A DNA stretch of 55,211 nt from Minisyncoccia bacterium (GTDB lineage Bacteria; Patescibacteriota; Minisyncoccia; Phycocordibacterales; UBA9973), in contig JBDHUR010000004.1 in NCBI GenBank assembly GCA_039809265.1, positions 1 to 55,211 of the forward strand, read 5' to 3'. Below the pieces are notes generated by a model. The model did no database searches. It worked only from the letters and a program-made list of their open reading frames with translations, and was not told the origin of the DNA. Every line of letters starts with the position of its first letter. Positions within the stretch are counted from its first letter, which is position 1. Positions 1-8,739 of this stretch are shown piece by piece. The position numbers were made by a program, and so were the translations under genes.

Positions 1-240
1 AATTAGAAATGCGGAGCGGATTTTTGGAACAAAAATCCGCGCTGTGTGTCCCGCTTCCGCCCTTTGCGGAAGCGACAAAATCCCAAAGTTCGCCCCAATT
101 GCATGAAAGTGTTTTGTCTTTGAGAGTGGGGTTCGAGCCGATTTTTTGGAAAAAAGTTTTCCACTCCAAATAATTTTCGGTTTTTCCCAAATCGGCGGCT
201 TCTTTCAAGGACAAAACGAAACTTCGCAAGGGTTCGACCT
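1..240. repeat. Hairpin-dense non-coding element A (left flank of accessory cassette; may extend beyond window)
   Basis: Perfect stems 16-25/31-40 and 52-60/66-74; long stem 111-126/202-217 with 2 G-T pairs enclosing 137-144/189-196; shares motifs with 2411-2727. Confidence 0.6.
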
Positions 241-264
241 TAATGTTAGTATTATACTAAAGTT

Positions 265-471
265 ATGTCAACAAATCAAAATTTAGCAAAAAATGTAAAA
301 CGCTTGCGGGAAGCCAAAGGGCTTTCGCAGGAAAGGTTGGCGAGATTGGCCGATGTCGCCAACAATACCCTGATTAAAATGGAAACAGGGGAAAATAAAA
401 ACCCAACGCTTGAAACCTTAAAAAAAGTGGCGAAAGCCCTTGAGGTTAGCGTTGATGATTTAATAAATTAA
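265..471 (+). CDS. XRE-family helix-turn-helix transcriptional regulator
   Basis: 68 aa; LAKNVKRLREAKGLSQERLARLADVANNTLIKMETGENKNPTLETLKKVAKALEV is a typical HTH_3 pattern. Confidence 0.9.
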   Translation: MSTNQNLAKNVKRLREAKGLSQERLARLADVANNTLIKMETGENKNPTLETLKKVAKALEVSVDDLIN

Positions 472-485
472 AGGAGAATAAAATT

Positions 486-1157
486 ATGAACAACGAAGAA
501 CAAAATCAGAGCAAAGCTCATACAAAGATCACTGTTGGTTTGGTATTGAGTTGGGGTCTTGGAGTACTGGCGGCAATAAGTGGTGTAACACTTTTGTTTT
601 CGCAACTCCTTACGGGTATTTTGATGTTACTACTTGCGGCGATTTTATTGCCGCCAGTAAATAAATTTGTCGCCGACAAATTTCACTTCTCAATTTCGGG
701 AGGATTGAAATTTATTGTGGTAATTATTTTGCTCGGTGTTATCGGGGCAACAATGTCCACTGATTCAAATTCTAATACCAATACAAACAACACAAGCACG
801 ACCCCAAGCGCAGAACAAACAAACGAGGTTAAAACAGAAGATACGAGTGTGCCAAAAGAATATAAATCCGCCCTCAACAAAGCCGCTTCATATGCCAACA
901 CAATGCATATGTCCAAGCGAGGTGTTTACGATCAATTAGTTTCGGATTATGGCGAGAAGTTTTCGGCAGAAGCCGCGCAATATGCAATAGACAATGTAAA
1001 AGTCGACTGGAACGCAAATGCGCTAGCCAAAGCAAAAAACTATCAGAACACCATGAATATGTCGCCAGCCGCCATTCATGATCAATTAACTTCTGAATAC
1101 GGCGAAAAATTTACTACAGCAGAAGCGGACTACGCCATTCAACATCTTAATGATTAG
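486..1157 (+). CDS. Membrane protein with two Ltp-family (host cell surface-exposed lipoprotein / superinfection exclusion) repeats
   Basis: Two repeats A..KA..Y...M.MS.....DQL.S.YGEKF....A.YAI; N-terminal hydrophobic helices; Ser/Thr/Asn linker; AAGGAG upstream. Confidence 0.8.
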   Translation: MNNEEQNQSKAHTKITVGLVLSWGLGVLAAISGVTLLFSQLLTGILMLLLAAILLPPVNKFVADKFHFSISGGLKFIVVIILLGVIGATMSTDSNSNTNTNNTSTTPSAEQTNEVKTEDTSVPKEYKSALNKAASYANTMHMSKRGVYDQLVSDYGEKFSAEAAQYAIDNVKVDWNANALAKAKNYQNTMNMSPAAIHDQLTSEYGEKFTTAEADYAIQHLND

Positions 1158-1174
1158 TAATCTCCAATTCTGAT

Positions 1175-1648
1175 ATGAACGACAATCAAAATCACAAAGA
1201 ATATAAGGGGTATAACGGAACTTTAATTCTCACTGACACGGGAGTAATTATTAAGCGAGGAGCGAAAGGCTTTTTGCTTGGCGGTGGAATGTTGAGAGGC
1301 GACAAAACAATTCCATATGGCAGTATTGTTGCGGTTCAGTTGAAAAAGGCAGGAATGACGGCTGGCTATATTCAGCTTACGCTTAAAGGTGGCTCAGAAG
1401 CCAAAAGCGGACTTTTTCAATCAACAACAGACGAAAATTCAATCAATTTTCATTCAGCATTTGGCGGGAACAACAACGAGCTTTTTGCAGAAGCAAAGAA
1501 ATTGATTGAGGAAAGAATAAATGCTGTAAATTCTCCCGCTAAAAATAGCGGACTTGACGATTTAGAAAAACTGGCCGCTTTGAAAGAAAAAGGGATTATC
1601 AGCAAGGAAGAATTTCAAGCAAAAAAGAAGCAACTTTTAGGTTTATAA
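1175..1648 (+). CDS. DUF4429/bPH-like protein with C-terminal SHOCT domain
   Basis: GDKTIPYGSIVAVQLKKAG...GYIQL pattern; C-terminal LDDLEKLAALKEKGIISKEEFQAKKKQLL is a SHOCT motif. Confidence 0.8.
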   Translation: MNDNQNHKEYKGYNGTLILTDTGVIIKRGAKGFLLGGGMLRGDKTIPYGSIVAVQLKKAGMTAGYIQLTLKGGSEAKSGLFQSTTDENSINFHSAFGGNNNELFAEAKKLIEERINAVNSPAKNSGLDDLEKLAALKEKGIISKEEFQAKKKQLLGL

Positions 1649-1651
1649 AAT

Positions 1652-2410
1652 ATGGGGATACTCGATCTTTTTCGCTCACAATCAAAAAACACAAATCAAC
1701 AACGCAAGCAAAAAGACGAGCGTAAGGCCGAGTGCCCAAATTGCCACAAAGCCCTCTCAAAAATTCCAGGAGCAAAAACAAAGTGTCCGCATTGTGGCGA
1801 GTTTATGTTTGTTCGCACTCGGCCAAAAGGTGACGCTCGCGTTGTTGTAACAAAAGCGGAAGCCGACAAAATTGATGAAGAATGGTCAATCGTTGCCGGA
1901 ACGCACGATATTTTTGTTGCCGAAAAAGAAGAGTTTGCAAAAGAAAAAGAAATTTTGCGAAAAAGATTTGGCGGCAAAGAGCCGTCAGATAACGATGTTC
2001 GTTGGGGTTTGTTGAATAAGCAACTTATAGAACATGCAAAAAACGGCGATTGGGGTTTATATCGCAATGCGCGTTTCCAAATGGCGGAAATTCTGAGAGG
2101 CGAAATGAAATTAAAAGACGCTCTCCGAACATATCTCGAAGTTTGTTATCTTGACTTAAATGGTCCAAATAATACTGGCGGAATGAACGACCCAGAATTA
2201 TTAAAAGAATTTCCGCCATTTAATCCAAAAGATTTTTCATTTTTGGCTCCTGGTGTTATAGATTTAATCAAGCGAATTGTGCTAAAGTTAAAATTGAACA
2301 AAGACGAAATCAAACAGATTTTTATTGAGCATAATTCGCGAATTGAAAAATCTTTGAGATTGCCAGTATCTGTTGAAAAATCGTGGCAATCGTTAGAGAA
2401 AGAAATTTGA
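1652..2410 (+). CDS. Hypothetical protein with N-terminal Zn ribbon and helical (TPR-like) C-terminus; prophage-accessory-like
   Basis: CPNC...CPHC; GLYRNARFQMAEIL...YLEVCYLDLNG helical motif. Confidence 0.6.
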   Translation: MGILDLFRSQSKNTNQQRKQKDERKAECPNCHKALSKIPGAKTKCPHCGEFMFVRTRPKGDARVVVTKAEADKIDEEWSIVAGTHDIFVAEKEEFAKEKEILRKRFGGKEPSDNDVRWGLLNKQLIEHAKNGDWGLYRNARFQMAEILRGEMKLKDALRTYLEVCYLDLNGPNNTGGMNDPELLKEFPPFNPKDFSFLAPGVIDLIKRIVLKLKLNKDEIKQIFIEHNSRIEKSLRLPVSVEKSWQSLEKEI

Positions 2411-2727
2411 GGCGGCGCGCCAACTTTGTTGGCACGAAAAATTGCGGCGGCGAAAAAAGAAGCGGCGAAAGCGAGGGCGGGCAAAAATTCCTTCTCCCCA
2501 ACCCCCTTCCTTTTTGCCCGCCCGAGCGTTCAGTTTTGGTTCTGCCGCGCTTCGCGCGGCAATCAGTCGGGATTTTGCTCAAAATGAGTTCGGACTTTAT
2601 CCAGAAGACACCACCAAACGAAACTTGTTCGGAATTAAATAAGCGGAGCGATTTTGCGGAAGCCAAAATCGCAATACATTTTAAAAAGAATAACTATTTA
2701 AAAGTTTTGAATGAATAGTTATTCTTT
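2411..2727. repeat. Hairpin-dense non-coding element B (right flank of cassette)
   Basis: Perfect stems 2475-2487/2511-2523, 2543-2550/2554-2561, 2648-2656/2664-2672, 2685-2698/2714-2727. Confidence 0.6.
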
Positions 2728-2836
2728 CTTTGTTTATAAATATGATGACAACTTTTGTGTTGTTGATGTTTCTATCAAAAAATGCTCGGTAAAGTTTTCT
2801 TATGTCGATATTTAAAGAGTAGTGTATCATAAAAAA

Positions 2837-2990
2837 ATGTTTATTTTATATTGTGTTGTTGGCATTCATGCTTGGTTCTGTTTCTGTCATACCAGTTGAT
2901 TACAAGGAGGCAATGATTTTATATGCAGGAATACTTTTTGTTGGTATAGGGGTAATCCAAATATTAGAACGCAAAGTCACTAGGCGATAG
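2837..2990 (+). pseudogene. Possible frameshifted small two-TM protein (about 50 aa)
   Basis: TATCAT 2825-2830, then ATG 2837; removing one T from the TTT after the ATG gives MLFYIVLLAFMLGSVSVIPVDYKEAMILYAGILFVGIGVIQILERKVTRR*. Confidence 0.3.
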
Positions 2991-3019
2991 ACGATACTAG
3001 AGGTATAATATTTCTATAA

Positions 3020-5188
3020 ATGGACATAAATGAATTGCCACACAATAGAGATATAACCTACTTTGCTAGGACGAATTTTCGCGGGAGTAAACAGTTGTTT
3101 GGTATAAAGCGAAGAGATCGCCGTCAACATATGTATGTGCTGGGGAAGTCTGGCACTGGAAAGTCAGCATTGCTTTCCAATATGATAATTCAAAACATAA
3201 ACAACGGCGAAGGTGTGTGTGTTGTAGATCCACACGGAGAGCTGGTAGAGGGGATACTGGCTTCTATTCCAGAGCATCGCTTGAATGATGTTATATACTT
3301 CAACCCAGCAGATACAGACTACCATGTAGGGTTTAATGTTTTGGAGCTTGAAGACGAAAGGTATAAACACTTAGTAGCATCTGGGCTTATGGGTATTTTT
3401 ACAAAAATCTGGGCAAATGCTTGGAGTGCAAGAATGGAATACATTTTGAATAATGCTATTTTGGCATTATTAGATACTCCTGGTACTACACTTCTTGGGA
3501 TACCGCGTCTTCTTGTGGACAAAGATTACAGAAAAACAATCATCGGGAATTTGAAGGACCCAGTAGTAAAAGCTTTTTGGGTGCATGAATATGAGCAATG
3601 GCGAGATCAGTTTAGAAACGAAGCGATCGCTCCGATCCAGAATAAAGTAGGGCAATTCCTTTCCAGTGCCATCGTTAGGAATGTGGTAGGACAGGCAAAG
3701 TCTACAATTAATGTTTTTGATGTGATGAATAGCGGTAAGATATTTTTGATAAATGTTTCTAAAGGAAGAATAGGAGAAGACAATTCAGCTCTTTTAGGAG
3801 GAATGCTTATCACTAAAATACAATTGGCCGCTATGGAGCGCGTACGTGTGCCAGAAGAAGAAAGAAAAGACTTCTATCTATATGTGGACGAATTCCAGAA
3901 CTTCGTTACAGATTCTTTTGCGTCTATTTTGTCAGAAGCTAGAAAGTATAGACTAAATCTTATCATTGCCCACCAATATACAAACCAGCTGGTTACAGCC
4001 AATGGCACAGCAGTGCGAGATGCAGTATTTGGAAATGTGGGCACAATGATTACTTTTCGCGTAGGCGCACAGGATGCAGAGTTTCTGGAGCAAGAGTTTG
4101 CGCCGGAGATAACACCAGAGGACTTAGTGGCTTTACCAAACTACAATATATACCTGAAGCTGATGGTGGACGGTTTTACATCAAGGCCTTTCTCAGCTAC
4201 TACTATACCGCCGCTTAGGTTTGCCGGTAATCCGGTAAGTATAGAAAAGATAGTGGATAGATCGCGCGAGCTATATACCATGCCTCGCGCTGTCATAGAA
4301 GAAACAATAAATTCTTGGAGTGCTGCCAAGGGCGGCGTGGTGCTTGCAGAAGGGGAAGTTCCGCCAGCAGAGGAAATAAGTGAAAAAGAAAAAGAGGGAA
4401 AGTTTAAGGCCAATTGCGCTATATGCGGCAAGGAAATCTGGCTTCCATTTGAACCTACGGCAGGCAGACCGGTGTACTGTAGGGAAGATTTGGCAAAGAT
4501 AAAGTCTGGTGAAATAGCTCCAGCTAAAACAGAGCATTTGTCGTCAATAAAGAAAGAGCAAGAGGTTAGCCGTCAACAAGAAGAAAAAATCGCCCAAGAG
4601 AAAAAGCGCAAGGCAGATATGAACCCAGAAAATATAAAGTCTGCCTTGAATGAAGCGCTGTCTGGAGTTTTGCCTGCATCTGTGGATAAGGGGGGTACTG
4701 TAAGATCCATTCCTGTACCTGAACCGATTTTAATAAAGAAAAACCGTTATGAAGTTTTTCATAAACCAAAAGAGCCAATAACGGACAGTAAAATAGCCGA
4801 GGGTGCTGATGAAAAGAGCGTTTCTCTGCGCTCGCTTGAAAGTACTCAAAGCCAGAGTTCTGTAGCGCGAAATATGAAAAAGGCGGGCAGTCCAGAGTCT
4901 GTGTCTTTGCTGAAAGATGCTATTTCCAAAGCTATGGCAGCAAGAGTTTCTGTGGCGCCGGCTTCTTATATGAATGTTGATAGGGTTGCGGCTGAAGAGA
5001 CAAGTATTGAAAGCGATATCGCAGCTGGTGCCGAGGAAGAGAAGCCGGCGCCATCCCAGGGCTTCACTCTAAACTTACCAAAAGAAGAAGTAAAACAAGA
5101 AAATTTGGCCGAAGAAGTGACGAAAAAGACAGAAGAAAAAATAAAAGAAGTTCCCAAAGATGTTTTGCGGAAGATTTTAGAACAATAA
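3020..5188 (+). CDS. VirD4/TraD/TrwB-like (type IV coupling protein-like) ATPase with CxxC-x17-CxxC domain and low-complexity tail
   Basis: Walker A GKSGTGKS; LYVDEFQNF Walker B; SEARKYRLNLIIAHQY; CAICGKEIWLPFEPTAGRPVYCRED. Confidence 0.85.
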   Translation: MDINELPHNRDITYFARTNFRGSKQLFGIKRRDRRQHMYVLGKSGTGKSALLSNMIIQNINNGEGVCVVDPHGELVEGILASIPEHRLNDVIYFNPADTDYHVGFNVLELEDERYKHLVASGLMGIFTKIWANAWSARMEYILNNAILALLDTPGTTLLGIPRLLVDKDYRKTIIGNLKDPVVKAFWVHEYEQWRDQFRNEAIAPIQNKVGQFLSSAIVRNVVGQAKSTINVFDVMNSGKIFLINVSKGRIGEDNSALLGGMLITKIQLAAMERVRVPEEERKDFYLYVDEFQNFVTDSFASILSEARKYRLNLIIAHQYTNQLVTANGTAVRDAVFGNVGTMITFRVGAQDAEFLEQEFAPEITPEDLVALPNYNIYLKLMVDGFTSRPFSATTIPPLRFAGNPVSIEKIVDRSRELYTMPRAVIEETINSWSAAKGGVVLAEGEVPPAEEISEKEKEGKFKANCAICGKEIWLPFEPTAGRPVYCREDLAKIKSGEIAPAKTEHLSSIKKEQEVSRQQEEKIAQEKKRKADMNPENIKSALNEALSGVLPASVDKGGTVRSIPVPEPILIKKNRYEVFHKPKEPITDSKIAEGADEKSVSLRSLESTQSQSSVARNMKKAGSPESVSLLKDAISKAMAARVSVAPASYMNVDRVAAEETSIESDIAAGAEEEKPAPSQGFTLNLPKEEVKQENLAEEVTKKTEEKIKEVPKDVLRKILEQ

Positions 5189-5198
5189 CATAAATGCC

Positions 5199-6641
5199 AT
5201 GAAAAAATTCATAACGTATGCTTTCATTATAATGTTTGCATTATCAGCTCCAGTGCTGGCGCATGCAGCTGTCGTTATAAACGAGATCATGTACGATTTG
5301 GACGGCACGGACACTGACAGAGAGTGGATAGAGATTTTCAACAATGGCTCTGCTGCTGTAAATCTTTCGGGATATAAATTCTTTGAAGCTAATACGAACC
5401 ATTCTCTGACCCCAGAGACAGAAAGCTCTGTGCCTGCCGGTGGCTATGCAGTCATTGTAGACAACATCGCAAAATTCCGTGCTGACTGGCCAAACTTTTC
5501 TGGGATTATCTTTGACTCCAGTTTTTCTTTGAGCAATGATCCTGGGGAGACTTTGGCGATAAAAGATGCGACCAACACTATCGTAGACCAAGTTACATAT
5601 ACAGCAGATCCTTCTGGTGCTGGTGCAGGTAAGTCTTTACAGAAAAATGGTGATAGTTGGGTCATAGCTGCGCCGACACCTGGTGCTACAAATGCTACGT
5701 CTTCAGATACAAATGCTTCAGGCGGCAATGCGAACGGAACAACTGGCGGTACAAGTACAAACAGCAGCGGAAGTACGACTGCCGCTACGGTAACAAAGGC
5801 AGAGCCAACTGTGACCAAGCGCTCAGCAGAAATTTTAGGCAAGACTCTGGCTTCTACTCGCTCCGAGATAACTTTTGAGCCTAAAGTTTTAGAAGCTACA
5901 GGTGAGACAATGTTCCGCGGCAAGTTCGTATGGAACTTCGGTGATGGAGCGAGTGTTACGAAAGATACCAATGAAAAAGTTTCGCACACTTACTACGCCG
6001 CAGGTGAATATGTTGTAAGTTTGGATTACTTTTTCAACCCGTACATGATCAGCACTGTGCCGGATCTGTCTGACAGGCTGGTTATAAAGATAGAAGACCA
6101 CAAGATCTCCGTCGCTTCTTTTGACAAAGACGGCGATATTACTTTGAAAAATGCAGATACGAAAGAGTTTGACCTGACAAACTGGACGCTTGTTTCCGAC
6201 GGGAAAACTTTTACTTTGCCGTTCCACACTATCATTCTGCCTAGCGGAACAATTTTCTTGGCGCACGAGATAACTGGCCTTGTAAATGCTGGCACGCCAG
6301 TAGAACTCAAAACAAAAGATGGTTTATCTGCTTCTATTTTTCCTGCACCGAAAGCGATAAAAATGCAAACAACCTCTCTTCTTTCTCTCGCTGCTCAAAC
6401 TGTTTCTGCTTCTCTTGCACCTGCTACTACTGCACAAATACTAAATGCTGATCTGGATTACAATCCGCTTTCCGCAAGTATCGGAGATACCAACATAAAG
6501 ACAAGCAACAAGTCTGTTATACTTAGTGTATTCGCCCTTGCGATAATCGTTACAATTTCTTCCATTGCTACTTTGTACTTTAGGCGCAAGCAAAGGAGTG
6601 CTGTGCCGTCAAATGCAGAAGATATCACGATCGTTGAATAG
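5199..6641 (+). CDS. Secreted, C-terminally anchored lamin-tail-domain / PKD protein
   Basis: Signal peptide; VVINEIMYD...DREWIEIFN (LTD); WNFGDG...HTY (PKD); C-terminal TM followed by basic residues. Confidence 0.8.
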   Translation: MKKFITYAFIIMFALSAPVLAHAAVVINEIMYDLDGTDTDREWIEIFNNGSAAVNLSGYKFFEANTNHSLTPETESSVPAGGYAVIVDNIAKFRADWPNFSGIIFDSSFSLSNDPGETLAIKDATNTIVDQVTYTADPSGAGAGKSLQKNGDSWVIAAPTPGATNATSSDTNASGGNANGTTGGTSTNSSGSTTAATVTKAEPTVTKRSAEILGKTLASTRSEITFEPKVLEATGETMFRGKFVWNFGDGASVTKDTNEKVSHTYYAAGEYVVSLDYFFNPYMISTVPDLSDRLVIKIEDHKISVASFDKDGDITLKNADTKEFDLTNWTLVSDGKTFTLPFHTIILPSGTIFLAHEITGLVNAGTPVELKTKDGLSASIFPAPKAIKMQTTSLLSLAAQTVSASLAPATTAQILNADLDYNPLSASIGDTNIKTSNKSVILSVFALAIIVTISSIATLYFRRKQRSAVPSNAEDITIVE

Positions 6642-6644
6642 TAA

Positions 6645-7892
6645 ATGCAAAACAAAGATCACATACGCATACTAATAGTCGGAGCAGGCTTTGCTGGCAT
6701 AGAAGCTGCTCTTTCTCTTTCACGAATGCATTTAAAGAATGCTTCTATTACTCTGTTGTCTAAAAACACTCACTTTGAATATTACCCTATGTTTTATAGG
6801 GCTGTTGCCGGCAAAAGCCCACTGGAAGTTTGCATTCAGCTCTCAGATATATTTGAAGATACCAATGTGTATACAGTGACAGACGAAATAGTCTCTTTCT
6901 CCTTTGAGCAGAAGATGGTTGTCGGTATAAACGGAGCAAAATACAAATATGACTATCTAGTACTCGCCCTTGGCTCGGAGGCATCGTATTTCAATATCCC
7001 TGGTATAGAGAAAAATTCCTTTTCTTTCAAATCCATCAACGATGCTTTACGGCTGAAAAATCATTTGCATGAAATGTTTCGAGATCATGCTGCGGCAAGA
7101 GTGGAAGATATGGAAAGTGCTTTGCGGATTGTTGTAGTGGGAGGCGGAGCTTCCGGCGTAGAACTCTCTGGGGAACTTGCCCGATATACCAAAGAATTGG
7201 CCGAGGCGCATGAAGTAAAGAAAGAGCATGTATCTATAATTCTTTTGGAAGGAGCAGACAGAGTACTGCCCGCATTGCCAGAGCATGTAAGCGAAAAGGC
7301 CGAGAATCGTTTGCGAGAGCTCGGCGTGCATGTGCATGTTGGAGAAAAAGTCTTGAGCGAAGATGTCGGCAGTATACAGACAGACCACATGAAAATACCT
7401 TCAAAGACCATAGTCTGGACGGCCGGTGTCCGCGCTTCTCATTACTACTCGTCTGCTTTTGGGCTGCAAGCTGCAAAAAATGGCAGGGTTGTGGTGACAG
7501 ATGAGCTAGAGGCCTTGGGGCAAAAAAATGTTTTTGTAGTTGGAGACGGCGCAGACACAAAGTTTGCAGGCTTTGCCCAGACAGCTATCCGCGATGCGCG
7601 CTTTGTGGCAAAAGTTATATATGCCCGCATAAAGGGCAAAAAGAAAAATTTTGTTTACAAGCCAAAGGCTGTGGCGCATGCGTTGCCAGTCGGCGGCAAG
7701 TGGGCGATAGTGGAAATAGGAAAAATTGTTTTCTCCGGCAAGAACGGATGGTGCGTGCGAACCCTGATAGACTTACGATATTTCCTTTCTATTCTACCTG
7801 TCAAAAAAGCTTTCCGTGTGTGGAGAGAAGGAGAGAAGAATTGCGAGACATGCGTGACTTGTCTTTCTTTAGAAGGGCGGGAAGATGAATAG
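6645..7892 (+). CDS. ndh: Type II NADH dehydrogenase-like FAD/NAD(P) oxidoreductase
   Basis: GAGFAG; YDYLVLALGS; VVGGGASGVELSGEL; VWTAGV; FVVGD...AQTA. Confidence 0.8.
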   Translation: MQNKDHIRILIVGAGFAGIEAALSLSRMHLKNASITLLSKNTHFEYYPMFYRAVAGKSPLEVCIQLSDIFEDTNVYTVTDEIVSFSFEQKMVVGINGAKYKYDYLVLALGSEASYFNIPGIEKNSFSFKSINDALRLKNHLHEMFRDHAAARVEDMESALRIVVVGGGASGVELSGELARYTKELAEAHEVKKEHVSIILLEGADRVLPALPEHVSEKAENRLRELGVHVHVGEKVLSEDVGSIQTDHMKIPSKTIVWTAGVRASHYYSSAFGLQAAKNGRVVVTDELEALGQKNVFVVGDGADTKFAGFAQTAIRDARFVAKVIYARIKGKKKNFVYKPKAVAHALPVGGKWAIVEIGKIVFSGKNGWCVRTLIDLRYFLSILPVKKAFRVWREGEKNCETCVTCLSLEGREDE

Positions 7893-8477
7893 CTATTTTT
7901 CTCCAGAATTTATCTTTTTTAGAATAAGCGGTATCTTTTCAAAGTCTTCCATCAAAGTTTCTTTCATGCTGCCATTGTATAGTGCGGCAGCAGGGTGGTA
8001 CAGTGGCAAGAAATGCTGCCTTCCCAAACTTGTGTTTCGTATAAGCAATTTACCGTGTACCTGAGATATTTTTTCTAGCGGGAAATAGTGGTTCATAGAG
8101 TGTCTGCCAAGGAATACTATAAGTTTGGGTTTTATGAGCGCCAGTTCTTCGTGCAACCATTCTTTGCAGGCTGATATTTCCTCTGGCAATGGGTCGCGAT
8201 TGTTTGGTGGGCGGTACTTTACTATGTTTGTGATGTATATATCTTCGCGCTTCATTCCTATATTGTCCAGCATTTCTGAAAGGAAGCGCCCGGCCGCGCC
8301 AACGAAAGGCACACCTTGCTTGTCTTCATCGCGGCCGGGCGCTTCTCCTATGAACACAACCTCGCTCTCTGCATTGCCGTCTCCTGGAACACCTTGAGTT
8401 GCGGTTTGCCTCAGTTTACAAATGCACTCCGCCAGCCATTTCTTGTGTATTTGTGCCAGCTCGTCCTGTTTTGACAT
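7893..8477 (-). CDS. Uracil-DNA glycosylase, family 4
   Basis: FIGEAPG; PFVGAAG; NIVKYRPPNNRDP; LYHPAAALY. Confidence 0.92.
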   Translation of the reverse strand: MSKQDELAQIHKKWLAECICKLRQTATQGVPGDGNAESEVVFIGEAPGRDEDKQGVPFVGAAGRFLSEMLDNIGMKREDIYITNIVKYRPPNNRDPLPEEISACKEWLHEELALIKPKLIVFLGRHSMNHYFPLEKISQVHGKLLIRNTSLGRQHFLPLYHPAAALYNGSMKETLMEDFEKIPLILKKINSGEK

Positions 8478-8499
8478 ATAGCGTATTATAGCTTAGAAT
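8471..8499 (+). promoter_or_regulatory. Sigma70-type promoter, overlapping the divergent UDG promoter
   Basis: TTGACA-17-TAGAAT, 7 nt before ATG 8507; minus-strand TATAAT (8485-8490) lies 7 nt before the UDG ATG. Confidence 0.7.
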
Positions 8500-8506
8500 T
8501 ACGTTT

Positions 8507-8734
8507 ATGTTCAAAGAATTTTTAATGAAGCAGATGCTGAAGCGCCAGCTGAAAGGTATGCCGCAGGCAGAACAAGACAGGATTATAAAGGCAGTTTCTT
8601 CTAACCCAGAGCTTTTCCAAAAGATTGCAAAGGAAACTCAAGAAAAAGTAAAAGGCGGTATGAGCCAAATGCACGCCACTATGGCTGTGACTCAAAAGTA
8701 TAAAGAAGAACTCCAAAAAGTGCTAGGGCAGTAA
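8507..8734 (+). CDS. Small helical hypothetical protein
   Basis: 75-aa ORF with promoter, directly upstream of ychF. Confidence 0.7.
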   Translation: MFKEFLMKQMLKRQLKGMPQAEQDRIIKAVSSNPELFQKIAKETQEKVKGGMSQMHATMAVTQKYKEELQKVLGQ

Positions 8735-8739
8735 AGTAT

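Larger units (their letters stand above)
265..2410 (+). mobile_element. Horizontally acquired prophage/ICE-like regulatory-immunity cassette (probably the right end or remnant of a larger element)
   Basis: Gene content typical of lysogeny modules; codon style differs from downstream host genes; SD-led Ltp gene; flanked by related palindromic elements; no integrase or att site visible. Confidence 0.55.

Noticed and set aside
2383-2718. ORFs of 111, 66 and 114 aa across the hairpin region
   Set aside because: Products of GC-rich palindromic DNA with no protein-like composition.
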